A stretch of 32,497 bases of DNA from Chthonomonadales bacterium (lineage in GTDB: Bacteria; Armatimonadota; Chthonomonadetes; Chthonomonadales; Chthonomonadaceae). The DNA is taken from the NCBI GenBank assembly GCA_038217285.1, contig JBBQPO010000029.1:1-32497 (forward strand). The letters run 5' to 3'. How positions within the stretch are numbered: position 1 is the stretch's first letter; the number at the start of each line of letters is the position of its first letter. The notes under the pieces are model-generated. The model saw nothing but the letters and a program-made list of their open reading frames with translations. It was not told where the DNA came from and ran no database searches. Of this stretch, positions 21,363-30,846 are shown piece after piece. Both the position numbers and the translations under genes were made by a program.

Positions 21363-23837
21363 CTATGGACCTGTTTTATAGCGCGGCTGCAATGCCTGGA
21401 TACGCTCCTGCAAAAGGGTCAAGTGCGTTATGTCGTCCTGGAGGCGCTTCGTCTCCTGCAGGTTCTGGTCGATGTCTTTTTGGGTGCGGCTGATGGCATC
21501 GGAGGCCGGAATCTGCTCCGTGCCGTAGTCCACCTCATAGCTGGAGTCGTTCTGGCGCTGGAGCAACTGATAGTCGTTGAGGTCCTGTTGCAGGGCCCGC
21601 AGATCGGTCTCCGACAGTTGAAGGTCGTGCCGATCGGACGCCAGGGCGGCGGTCGTGTCCGGATCGAGCTTGACCAGAATGCTGTAGAGCGCGGCCGTCA
21701 AGAGCGGCGGGCTGGGACGCGGAGCCGGATGCGTCTGCCCCGTTGTCAGCGTGGCCCCGTCGGTGGTGAGCCACTCGCCTCTATCATCGCGGATCGTGAT
21801 GTCCCCGTTCGCGAGCAGCCGACAGCCGAGGAAGAGTTCGACTTCGTCGGCGGCAGGCGGCGGCGTAGCGGCCGCAGAGGCCGGAGGATTGCCGAGCCGG
21901 TCGAAGGCGGTATGCAGGCGGCGATCCAGATCCTGCAGATTGGTCAGCTCTTTACGATCTTCGCCGACAGCGGGCAGCAGTGCGCTCGTCCAGCCTACCC
22001 AGGAGAGCCAGTCCTGCCGCGCCGTAATCGCCTGCTCGACCCCCAGGCCCTGATCCTCCAACTGTTGGCGGATATTCTGAAAGAGGGTGGGATCGGGGTA
22101 GAGCAGAAGGAGCGGGTCGGGATTCTTGTCGCTCATCAATGCGACCGTGCCGTTGGTGACCAGCAGATAGGCCGTGTCCGACAGGGTGATGATGACATCC
22201 CCGTTGTCCAGCACCAGCATATCTTTGGCAGCCACGAAGAGTGACTGATGTGTCTGTGGCGCCATTGCCGGGGCCGTCCCGCCATGCACGACGGTATAGG
22301 TATGGATATGGCCGCCGCCGCTTCCGCAGTAGAAGAAGGAGCGCGAGGAGCGCGGCACGCCCTCCAGATCGACGGCGTGACCGCTCCCATAACTGGAGCG
22401 AAAGCCGCTGCCGGTGAAGTGCGGGGCGTCGCCGTGCCCGCTAAAGACGCTGCCGTGCCCGAAGCTGCGAGAGCTGCTAAAGCTGCCCCCACGCCCGAAA
22501 CTGCCGCCCGCGCGGGAGGAGGAGCTGAATCCGCGTGCCCCGCTGAAGCTGCCACCGGAGGCTCGGCCACCGCCTGTGCCGAAGCCGCGCCCTCCGCCAA
22601 AGCTGCTGTGCCCGACTGACGCGGAGCTGCCGTGCGCCCCGGCGCCCGCCCCGGATCCCTTAGCGAAAGCGTTGTCGGGCGCGATGGCGTTGGCCAGTGT
22701 CATCAGCAGCACCAGCGCCACGAACAGCCGCCCGCACCAGGCTCCGAACACCTGCAACTGCATCGGGCTCAGGCTCAAGAACTCGCGCAGGCGGGTCAGT
22801 TCGGTGCGCACCTCCTGTGGCAGAGCGGCGGCGCGGCGCAGGACCGCCTCCACCAGCCGCCGCAGGTCCAGGGCGCTCATCGTCCCGATCACCTGCTTCG
22901 CCAGCGTCTCGACCATGAGGCGCGTATGATAGGGATGCAGAATCGGAATGGCGCGGAGGAGCGGATTCAGGTCGTAGGGATGCTGCGCGGCCTCCTGTTC
23001 GCTTGGTGCAAGGCCGGGATTGAGCAGCAGAGGCAGCAGGCAGCCGTTCTGCAGCGTGTGGACGGGCACCTGCTGTTCCAGGCGGCGCTCCGCACGGGAG
23101 AAGCGGGCTCCGCGCCAGAGGCGGCTCAGATCGGTCTGCCGCGTGGAGACGGGGCAGTCCTCATCGAGGTCGTGCAGCAGCGACGCGTTGAGTGGGCTGT
23201 GTGAGGCCAGCAGGAAGCCCCAAGCGCCGTAGCCGTGCGCCCGGAACGAGGGGATGCAGGCGCGATAGGGCAGCGCGGAGAGCCCTGCCGCGCGCACGGT
23301 CTTCCGCAGGCACCAGAACGCCTCCGGGACACGCTGCGGGGAGACGGCGTTGAGGGCGAGCAGGCCATCGGGGGTCAGCACTTCCGCCAGCCGCGCATAC
23401 CACTCCTGCGCGAAGACACGGGTGTCCTCCGCACGGCGCGGCACGGTGAAGTCGCACAGCACGACGTCGTAGGGATCGGCCGACTTCAGAAAATCCCAGG
23501 CGTCCGCGATATGAACGTGCGCCCTGGTATCTTCAAAGGCATCTGCATTGAGCGCCGCAAAACGAGTGCGCCCTAACTCCACGACTTCCGGATCGTAGTC
23601 CACGAGGTCGGCATGGACCACGCCGGGGAACCGCAGGCACTCTCGCAGGGCGAGTCCGTCCCCTCCCCCGCAGATCAGAACCCGCAGCCCGGTCGGTCGG
23701 GCGCGGCGCGCCAGACAGAGGGCGGGCAGCGCGAGGCTCTCGTGATAGAGGGCCTCGTCCCGCGAGTCGAACTGAAGGTCGCCGTCGAGGTAGAGCGCGC
23801 AGCTTCCGTCATCGCGTTCGTCTAAGTAGAGACTCAT
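21363..23837 (-). CDS. Spermidine-synthase-like aminopropyltransferase fused to a TM/signal segment, a Gly/Ser-rich linker and a coiled-coil C-terminal region
   Basis: LYLDGDLQFDSRDEALYHESL, VLICGGGDGLALRE, VDYDPEV, YDVVLCD, IPSF...WGF; then LFVALVLLMTLANAIAPDNAFAKG and GGSF repeats. Confidence 0.85.
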   Translation of the reverse strand: MSLYLDERDDGSCALYLDGDLQFDSRDEALYHESLALPALCLARRARPTGLRVLICGGGDGLALRECLRFPGVVHADLVDYDPEVVELGRTRFAALNADAFEDTRAHVHIADAWDFLKSADPYDVVLCDFTVPRRAEDTRVFAQEWYARLAEVLTPDGLLALNAVSPQRVPEAFWCLRKTVRAAGLSALPYRACIPSFRAHGYGAWGFLLASHSPLNASLLHDLDEDCPVSTRQTDLSRLWRGARFSRAERRLEQQVPVHTLQNGCLLPLLLNPGLAPSEQEAAQHPYDLNPLLRAIPILHPYHTRLMVETLAKQVIGTMSALDLRRLVEAVLRRAAALPQEVRTELTRLREFLSLSPMQLQVFGAWCGRLFVALVLLMTLANAIAPDNAFAKGSGAGAGAHGSSASVGHSSFGGGRGFGTGGGRASGGSFSGARGFSSSSRAGGSFGRGGSFSSSRSFGHGSVFSGHGDAPHFTGSGFRSSYGSGHAVDLEGVPRSSRSFFYCGSGGGHIHTYTVVHGGTAPAMAPQTHQSLFVAAKDMLVLDNGDVIITLSDTAYLLVTNGTVALMSDKNPDPLLLLYPDPTLFQNIRQQLEDQGLGVEQAITARQDWLSWVGWTSALLPAVGEDRKELTNLQDLDRRLHTAFDRLGNPPASAAATPPPAADEVELFLGCRLLANGDITIRDDRGEWLTTDGATLTTGQTHPAPRPSPPLLTAALYSILVKLDPDTTAALASDRHDLQLSETDLRALQQDLNDYQLLQRQNDSSYEVDYGTEQIPASDAISRTQKDIDQNLQETKRLQDDITHLTLLQERIQALQPRYKTGP

Positions 23838-24433
23838 GCCTGTTGCTCCTTTGCGCCGCTTCGGACGACCATTGCGCTCACCGTGCCCGCCGCCAGCCCG
23901 GCGATCAGCGCGAAGAGCAGGAGGGAGAGCGTCCCGGCGAGAAGCTCCTGCCCGAGATCCGCGCTATCGCTCTGCGGCCCGCCGAGCCGAAAAAGGTGAA
24001 GAGCAGTATACAGGCCCATCGCCCACCCACTACTCTTTGCCGCCGCCCAGAAGCTTCGCCCCGGTAGGTGGGCCTGTCTCTGCTGTTGTCCCACGACGAG
24101 GCCCACCAGACCCGGCACCAGCAGAAACGCCAGAAACAGCCAGAGCGGCAGGGTCCAGCCGAGTGGCTGCTGCAACGAAAGGCAGAGATACCCGACGACA
24201 GCGACGCCAAAACCGCGCCAGCCTCCGCCGCGTATGCGTCTCTGTTGGAGTTGCGCCGCCGTCTCGATGGCGGCGGCAAGCCAATTCGTCTGCTTCTCCG
24301 GCGCGCCCTGGTGTATCGCCAAGTTCAGATGCCGCTGTGCCGCAGCCATATCGCCGCGCGCCAGGGCGCGCTCGGTGGCAAGGATCTCCGCATGGCTCTC
24401 GGCGCTCATTGCAGGGTCGTTCTGCGCTCTCAT
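23834..24433 (-). CDS. Hypothetical membrane protein (N-terminal TPR-like helices plus 4 TM)
   Basis: ATG 24433 lies 2 nt after the DUF2617 stop with GGAGG upstream; stop overlaps the next ATG (ATGA). The 409-aa ORF-track extension is a frame overlap. Confidence 0.75.
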   Translation of the reverse strand: MRAQNDPAMSAESHAEILATERALARGDMAAAQRHLNLAIHQGAPEKQTNWLAAAIETAAQLQQRRIRGGGWRGFGVAVVGYLCLSLQQPLGWTLPLWLFLAFLLVPGLVGLVVGQQQRQAHLPGRSFWAAAKSSGWAMGLYTALHLFRLGGPQSDSADLGQELLAGTLSLLLFALIAGLAAGTVSAMVVRSGAKEQQA

Positions 24434-24435
24434 CG

Positions 24436-24972
24436 CTACGCTGCCTCCTCCCAAAAAACGGTTCTGCTCCGGATTCCGCGCCTCTCTTCGGGATAGGTAT
24501 GCACGGTTTCGACATGCAGCGCTTCTGCCGTCGTGCGCCAGCCGATCCGCGTATAAGGCGTCATGGTGTCGGAGTGCGGAGGGTAGGCGAACTCCAGGCG
24601 GCCGTCCGGCTCGCTCTCCCGCGACAGTCCCGCGTCCTCCGTGAGCGCAAACGGGATCAACTGCACGTCGCAAACGAGCCCCTGCGCGCAGAGGCGCAGA
24701 TTCGTCGTCTCTTCTGTGTTGAACGGGACCAGAGGCACACTTGCCTCCACCCCGACAGCGCAGGCCAGCAGCTCGGTCAGACGTTTCTCGCCACGTTCCA
24801 GGCAGACGGCGTGGCTCGCGCCCAGCACCGAGAACGTCACGCGCCAGCCGTTCCACGGTACGCAGCGCGAGGCCAGCACCCGCAGGGGCGCGAGCTCGAC
24901 CAGTCCCGTCAACAGGCTGTAGCGGAGGGTCGCCGTGCTGAAGGGAAAGACCGGCAGGGGAGCGCTGATCAC
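24436..24972 (-). CDS. DUF2617 family protein
   Basis: VLGASH, TELLAC, FAYP..., ETVHTYPEE...IRSRT motifs; GTGA overlap with the upstream stop. Confidence 0.8.
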   Translation of the reverse strand: MISAPLPVFPFSTATLRYSLLTGLVELAPLRVLASRCVPWNGWRVTFSVLGASHAVCLERGEKRLTELLACAVGVEASVPLVPFNTEETTNLRLCAQGLVCDVQLIPFALTEDAGLSRESEPDGRLEFAYPPHSDTMTPYTRIGWRTTAEALHVETVHTYPEERRGIRSRTVFWEEAA

Positions 24973-25766
24973 TTCCAGTTTTCGCAGCCTTGGAACGGCA
25001 TGCTCTCTCCTTCGACATAGTGTGGCCAGGGGTTGTAGTCGTTGACGCCGGGGACCGCTTCACCGCGCAGCAGGAAGGCGCTCGGCCAGCGGACGCCCTC
25101 CGGCTTCAGGATACGCGTCGTGGTGGGAATATAGCGAATGGTCAGCCCGCACCGGCGCAGGGGAGAGTGGTTGGCCTCGGAGCCGTGCACGACATTGGGA
25201 TGGTGCACCGAGACGCCGCCCGCTTTCAGCACGAAATCAACCGCCTTCGACTCATCGACCAGGGCGTCGTCCATTCCGGAACCGAGCACGCTCGCTACCT
25301 CCGTGCGACGTTTCATCTCCTGCAGATCCATTGTCTGTGTGCCGGGAATGGCGCGCATGCAGCCGTTCTCGGGCAGCGAGTCATCGACCGCCAGCCAGAG
25401 CGTGACCACCTCCATCGGCTCCAGCGGCCAATAGCTCCCGTCCTGGTGCCACAGCACCGGCTGCCCGTCGAACGGCGGCTTGCTGATATAGTGCGAGGCG
25501 AACAGGGCGATGTTCGGCCCGATGAACTGCTCCGCGATGTCCAGCAGGCGGTCATCGCTGATCAGACGCACCCAGAACGGGTCGTGCGTCATCAGGGTGT
25601 GTCCCAACTGCTCCGGGCGCAACTCCGGATGTTTCGCCTGAAGCCACGACACATGGTCGCTCGCCTCTCGAATCAGGTCTGCATCGAGTACGTTCGGAAA
25701 CAGGGCATACCCGTCCCGCTCAAACTGCTCCACCGCCGTGCTCCGCCGCTCCGCCGTTGTCTCCAT
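24969..25766 (-). CDS. Phytanoyl-CoA dioxygenase (PhyH) family Fe(II)/2-oxoglutarate dioxygenase
   Basis: WHQDGSYW (HxD), VTLWLAVDD...ENGC, HGSEANHS..RR; AAGGAG RBS. Confidence 0.92.
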   Translation of the reverse strand: METTAERRSTAVEQFERDGYALFPNVLDADLIREASDHVSWLQAKHPELRPEQLGHTLMTHDPFWVRLISDDRLLDIAEQFIGPNIALFASHYISKPPFDGQPVLWHQDGSYWPLEPMEVVTLWLAVDDSLPENGCMRAIPGTQTMDLQEMKRRTEVASVLGSGMDDALVDESKAVDFVLKAGGVSVHHPNVVHGSEANHSPLRRCGLTIRYIPTTTRILKPEGVRWPSAFLLRGEAVPGVNDYNPWPHYVEGESMPFQGCENWK

Positions 25767-26274
25767 CGTCCGCTCCTTCTCTCTTCTCGGGTTTCGCTCT
25801 CTTGGGGTTCTCCCACATGAATCCCATATCCCCTTCCCGGCATCCTTTCACCCAGAGCATCCTGGCTTCGATCACACCGGCGAATAACAGCCAAACCAGC
25901 AGAAAGGAGGGCTGGAGCGGAATGAGATGCAGGGCCGCCTCGAACGCGTAGACGACGACATTCACCGGGATCAGGAGCAGCACCTGCACTCCTACACAAA
26001 AGACAATGGGAGGCCCGCCACGACTCTGCCAGTAAAGCGCCCCCTGCTCGACCTTTTCGAAAAAGCCTTCTACGAGCCGTTTTACCGGTTTTTCGAGTCT
26101 GTCATACGCCCGATTCAGGAGATCAACGAGGAAATGGAAATAGGGGAGTATCCGCTTGCCCAGCAGCGCCCATCCTCTTTTCCATATCCGCTGGAAGGTT
26201 GTGTGAGCAATAGCGGCCTGCCTCTGCCAAAATCCTATCCATGCGATTCGTTCCATCGCTAGCCTCTTTCGCAC
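25720..26274 (-). CDS. Hypothetical membrane protein
   Basis: 184-aa ORF, two hydrophobic segments, same strand as neighbours; start uncertain; 3' end overlaps PhyH by 47 nt. Confidence 0.5.
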   Translation of the reverse strand: MRKRLAMERIAWIGFWQRQAAIAHTTFQRIWKRGWALLGKRILPYFHFLVDLLNRAYDRLEKPVKRLVEGFFEKVEQGALYWQSRGGPPIVFCVGVQVLLLIPVNVVVYAFEAALHLIPLQPSFLLVWLLFAGVIEARMLWVKGCREGDMGFMWENPKRAKPEKREGADDGDNGGAAEHGGGAV

Positions 26275-26375
26275 AACGCCGGGCCACGTCTTCTCACCCC
26301 AATCAGACCCGCCTCCTCGTTATTTGTCTGGCGTTTCCCGAAAGCCCTCAGCAGTCGCAGAACCTTCACAAGGGT

Positions 26376-26930
26376 CTACGGTTCCACCCGCTGTTCGCAT
26401 CCTGGCTTATCGCCCGGGGTTTCGTCGGAGATCGTTTCCGGCCCGCTTTTCTTGCGTCTCTTCCACCACGCGAATACAGGCTGCGTTGCCTCGGAAAAAG
26501 CCAGATAGGCCAGAACGTTAAGCCACGTTATGTGCTGTCGAAAGAGCACATGGACAAACAGATAGAAATAGACCGTGTTACCAACAAGACGCATCGGGAG
26601 GCGAACCCAGAGCGGGGGCGTCGTTCCCTTTTCCATGCAGTCCAGCCGCCGTTCGAGCCCCCGCGCCATCCACAGAAGCGTCTTTCCCAGCCCTAGTTTG
26701 AACAAGCCGCGACAGCGAAGCATCCGACCACGCATTCGGCTTCGCGTCGTCCGCCCCCTTTGAAGGCTAAGGCGCAGCGAGCGGCGGATCTGGATCCGAG
26801 TACGACGGAACATCGGATGCACAGTCAACAAAGACAGCGCCAGCATCCAGAAAAGCACCCATATAATAAGCAGAGCAGACTGCGTTCCAGCTTCCATCTC
26901 AAAACTCCGTTCCCAAAATGGTCGTTCCAA
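26376..26930 (-). CDS. Hypothetical membrane protein, Arg-rich
   Basis: 184-aa ORF with an N-terminal TM and two further hydrophobic segments; start may be the second Met (MEAGTQ, after GGAG). Confidence 0.5.
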   Translation of the reverse strand: MERPFWERSFEMEAGTQSALLIIWVLFWMLALSLLTVHPMFRRTRIQIRRSLRLSLQRGRTTRSRMRGRMLRCRGLFKLGLGKTLLWMARGLERRLDCMEKGTTPPLWVRLPMRLVGNTVYFYLFVHVLFRQHITWLNVLAYLAFSEATQPVFAWWKRRKKSGPETISDETPGDKPGCEQRVEP

Positions 26931-26974
26931 TCCTCGTTCCTACATGGCACTACGTAGTCTCCTCTTCCTGCGCT

Positions 26975-27620
26975 TCACTCCCGCTTCATCTCAAGCCAAT
27001 CGCTGTTAGCGAGATCAGTGATCTGCACCTGAAGGTATTGAAACGCCTTTAACTGCTGTAGCGGTGTGAAGTCCTCGATATATTCCGCTACTCTCTGCGC
27101 ATAATGGGAGACCGGAACATTGGTACGTCTGCGACCATGCAGGCCGCTGGCCTCTCGAAGTAACTCGTTCAGAACCCCTTTCGGATCGGGCAAACTCTCG
27201 ATACTCTTAAGCGACGGAAGTTCCAGAGGCATCTTACCATTCTTGTTTCCTGCGGCCCAACGTATCGCCTGTGCGTCGAATAAAAGCCATGCCTCCCTGC
27301 ATCCGAACGGGAATTACAAATACGACTTGCCTTTGCAAATAAGATATTTTCGCAAGCGCGGCGCGAATCTCTTCGGCGCGATGTTCTGGAGGTTGGTTCT
27401 CGGCATCTCTATGCACAAACAGTAGGTCACATGGATACAGATCAAGGCTCCTTTTGACGCGTTCGGACAGTCCGGACGCTCCCTGAATGAAACGAGGATC
27501 CGCCCACGTCGCCTGGATGGTATACTCCTCGTAGCATTTCTTTAAAAGCCAGTTCAACAGGGGCAGCAGCGCTTTGTCGGAAGGGCCGTCCCCCAAAAGC
27601 GTATAGCGTATCTCCTTCAC
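26975..27620 (-). pseudogene. DUF4276-like (TOPRIM-related) protein, frameshifted by one extra G
   Basis: GDGPSD and FVHRDAE motifs; removing one C of CCC at 27295-27297 joins the two ORFs as VIPVRMQEAWLLFDAQAIRWAAGNKNGKMPLELP (214 aa). Confidence 0.85.
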
Positions 27621-29122
27621 TGCGGCGCATCCATTTCTGAAAACGCCAGTTGAATTTCTTTGCGGTCGATAACCCGCCGTGGTTGGGTTTGCCGCTGACT
27701 GTGAAGTTCAGCAGAACCGTTACGGGCAAGTTCGGTTTCAAGCCGTTCAACTGGATTCAGATAGCTCAATACGGTTCCACGTGAGACAACATTCGTCGCG
27801 TTGTCGCTGCGAGTACGCCAGGTGTCTTCCATGCTGCTGAAGACGACCCGCTTGAACCGCTGGCCGGAACGCAATGTTTCTTTTGCTTCCGCAACCAACA
27901 GGCTATCGTCCGGTATCTGCGCCACCACCGCAGGAGAGTGTGTATTGATAATGACCTGGCGTAGCGGATTATCCGGGCTGATCGGCGTATCGGGATCACT
28001 GGCGATGTCCTGAAGCAGGCGCAGCATCGCGGGAATACGCTCCGGATGAATACCGTTTTCCGGCTCCTCCAAACAAAGAACACCTTGCACTTCCGGATCC
28101 AGTTCAAGAACGGCGAGGGCAAGAAATCGTAACGTTCCATCCGAGAGCGCACGCGCCGGATGCGTTGTTTGGTCACGCCCGGTCACTTGAACCGTTAGAA
28201 GCTCTCGGCGTTCATCGCGATCTATACTCACTTCGCGGACATCGTTGATCAACTCCGAAAGCCTTCCGGCAATCTGTCCGAAAATCCGCGATTCATCCTC
28301 GTCGTTTGCGTAAAACGAGCCGTTTCGAGCCAGTCGATTCAGGGTCGCGGCCAGATGCGATCCATCCGTCTCGATATGTGCGGGAGCGGTAAACTCATCC
28401 GGACGGCGCAAAGCCGAAGGCTCTAACTGCAAGAGGCGCCACGACTGCATCTCTCGCTTCGCTAAAAGAGCCGTAGGGCTCTCCGCGGCATTTACGGTAG
28501 AGAGAACCGTGCGCGGCAGGTTCATAGCGGACCGAGAGACCGGCCTGCCGCTGCTTTGGTCTCGGTGTAATTTGATGATCCTGCTTTCCCCTTCTTCCTC
28601 TGTGGAGATAAAGGCCCCCGCTCGACGTCCCTGTATGGCGGACTTCCTCCACTCTTCTTTATGTGGAAAGGAGAGGTGCTGCCTGGCCTCCCCCAGCGTG
28701 ATATGCGCCAACTCTTCTCTTCGTATTTCGAGTGGACTGGAAGACTGCCTGGTCCCATTGGCCTTATAGGCGATCACCAGATTATATTTTAGGAAAGTAA
28801 TGCTGGCTTTTGCCTCCTGGCCGAGATCATCTACGCCTGTGCGCGGCACGATCATCTCCGCTTCGAAAGCCATTTCCAAATCGTACTCATTTCCGACACG
28901 GTGAAATAGACTGCGAATATCGGTTGTGTGTCCGCGCTCATCGCGCACCGAGAGGGCCGCTTCCATCAGGGTCTTTTCCGAAAGAGCACTCAAGAAAGAG
29001 ATTGCGTCGAACAGATTTGATTTGCCGACGCCATTGGCACCCGCGATACAGGTAAACGGCCCGAAACGAACGTCGGTTTCTATTAAATTCTTGAAGCCAT
29101 TGACTTTCAACCGGGTTAGCAT
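27617..29122 (-). CDS. ABC/AAA_21-type ATPase (SMC/OLD-like)
   Basis: GFKNL, Walker A GANGVGKS, signature LSDGT, Walker B LCLEEPENGIHP, H-loop NTHS; GTGA overlap with the partner gene. Confidence 0.92.
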   Translation of the reverse strand: MLTRLKVNGFKNLIETDVRFGPFTCIAGANGVGKSNLFDAISFLSALSEKTLMEAALSVRDERGHTTDIRSLFHRVGNEYDLEMAFEAEMIVPRTGVDDLGQEAKASITFLKYNLVIAYKANGTRQSSSPLEIRREELAHITLGEARQHLSFPHKEEWRKSAIQGRRAGAFISTEEEGESRIIKLHRDQSSGRPVSRSAMNLPRTVLSTVNAAESPTALLAKREMQSWRLLQLEPSALRRPDEFTAPAHIETDGSHLAATLNRLARNGSFYANDEDESRIFGQIAGRLSELINDVREVSIDRDERRELLTVQVTGRDQTTHPARALSDGTLRFLALAVLELDPEVQGVLCLEEPENGIHPERIPAMLRLLQDIASDPDTPISPDNPLRQVIINTHSPAVVAQIPDDSLLVAEAKETLRSGQRFKRVVFSSMEDTWRTRSDNATNVVSRGTVLSYLNPVERLETELARNGSAELHSQRQTQPRRVIDRKEIQLAFSEMDAPQ

Positions 29123-29157
29123 GAGTTTCTCTTTTCGAGGACAGGCCAGAACGGATA

Positions 29158-30846
29158 TTAAAACAGGCCCGTAATCTGACCTGCGGCATCGACGTCGATG
29201 GCTTCGGCGGCAGGGACGGCGGGCAGGCCGGGCATGGTCATGATCTCACCCGCGAATGCCACCACGAAGCCCGCGCCTGCGGACGGCTGCAGGGAGCGCA
29301 CGTTGATCTTAAAGTGTGTCGGCGCGCCTCCGCCCTTGGGATCGTCGCTGAACGAGTACTGGGTCTTGGCGATGCAGACCCGCAGGTGGCCCAGACCGTG
29401 CGCCTCCAGCCATCTCCGCTGCGTCTCCGCCTCTGCCGAGAGCGTCACGCCGTCCGCACCGTAGACGCGGGTCGCGACCGCGTGCAGTTTGTCGAGCAGG
29501 GACATCTCCGCCGTATAGTTCGGGGCGAACTGCGCAGGCTCTTCTAAAGCCGCCAGCACCGCCTCTCCCAACTCACGCCCGCCCTCGCCTCCGCGCGCCC
29601 ACACGTCGCAGAGCGCGACGCGCCAGCCCCGCAGATCGCAGTGGCTGCGTATGGCCGCCATCTCCGCCTCGGTATCGGTGTGGAAGCGATTGATGGCGAT
29701 CACGAACGGCGCACCCATCTGTTCCACATTTCGGGCGTGCCGGTCGAGGTTGGAAAGGCCCCGTGTCACGGCCCGCACGTTCTCCCCTTCCAGCCGCTTC
29801 TTGCTCACGCCGCCGTGCATCTTGAGCGCCCGCACCGTCGCCACCAGCACCACGGCGTCCGGCGGAAGGCCAGCGGAAGGCGCGACGATGTCGCAGTACT
29901 TCTCGAAGCCCAGGTCGGAGCCGAACCCCGCCTCCGTCACCACGATGTCCCCGAGTTTCTGCGCCAGCTTCGTCGCCAGTACGCTGCTGCACCCGTGCGC
30001 GATGTTGCCGAACGGCCCGCCATGCACGAGCGCGGGCGTGCCTTCCAGGGTCTGCACGAGGTTGGGTTTCAGGGCGTCGCGCAGGATCGCGGTCATGGCG
30101 CCGCTGGCTTTCAGGTCGGCGGCGGTCACCGGCTCGCCCGCATGCGTCTGCCCTACGACAATGCGTCCCAGGCGCTCCTTCAGCTCCAGCAGCGAACTGC
30201 TCAGGCAGAGGATCGCCATCACCTCCGAGGCCACCGTGATGCTGGCGCCGCTCTCTCGGGGCACGCCGCCGGTGCGGCCACCCAGCCCGATCACCATATT
30301 TCGTAGCGCACGGTCGTTCATATCCACCACACGCCGAAAGCCGATGGTGTGCGGCACGATACCGAGCGTATTCCCCTGGTAGAGATGGTTGTCCAGCATC
30401 GCCGCCAGCAGGTTGTGCGCCGCACCGATGGCGTGCATGTCGCCGGTGAAGTGGAGGTTGATGTCCTCCATGGGCAGCACCTGCGCATGGCCGCCCCCGG
30501 CCGCGCCGCCCTTCATACCGAAGACCGGCCCCATCGAAGGTTCGCGTGTGGCGGAGATAGCTTTCTTGCCCAGCTTGCACAACGCCTGCGCCAGCCCGAC
30601 CGTCGTCGTCGTCTTGCCTTCCCCGGCGGGCGTCGGGGTTATTGCTGTCACTAAGACGATCTTTCCGTTGGGGATGCTACCATCGTGCAGCACCCGGTTC
30701 AGGGTATCGAACTCGATCTTCGCTTTGTATTTGCCGTAGAGGTCCAGATCGTCGCCGGTAAGCCCGAGATCGGCAGCGACATCGGTGATGAGTCGTAATT
30801 TTGCAGCCTGAGCGATCGCAAGGTCGGTGTTCATAGAAATGTTCAT
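29158..30846 (-). CDS. fhs: Formate--tetrahydrofolate ligase
   Basis: [57 protein letters not shown]; alternative start 30834. Confidence 0.97.
   Translation of the reverse strand: MNISMNTDLAIAQAAKLRLITDVAADLGLTGDDLDLYGKYKAKIEFDTLNRVLHDGSIPNGKIVLVTAITPTPAGEGKTTTTVGLAQALCKLGKKAISATREPSMGPVFGMKGGAAGGGHAQVLPMEDINLHFTGDMHAIGAAHNLLAAMLDNHLYQGNTLGIVPHTIGFRRVVDMNDRALRNMVIGLGGRTGGVPRESGASITVASEVMAILCLSSSLLELKERLGRIVVGQTHAGEPVTAADLKASGAMTAILRDALKPNLVQTLEGTPALVHGGPFGNIAHGCSSVLATKLAQKLGDIVVTEAGFGSDLGFEKYCDIVAPSAGLPPDAVVLVATVRALKMHGGVSKKRLEGENVRAVTRGLSNLDRHARNVEQMGAPFVIAINRFHTDTEAEMAAIRSHCDLRGWRVALCDVWARGGEGGRELGEAVLAALEEPAQFAPNYTAEMSLLDKLHAVATRVYGADGVTLSAEAETQRRWLEAHGLGHLRVCIAKTQYSFSDDPKGGGAPTHFKINVRSLQPSAGAGFVVAFAGEIMTMPGLPAVPAAEAIDVDAAGQITGLF

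Noticed and set aside
22380-22660. Repetitive DNA as a possible CRISPR or VNTR
   Set aside because: Degenerate codons of the Gly/Ser-rich linker; no constant repeat-spacer period.
24434-25063. N-terminal 210 aa of the 409-aa ORF 23834-25063
   Set aside because: Overlaps DUF2617 and PhyH in another frame; a coupled ATG with RBS at 24433 explains the real gene.
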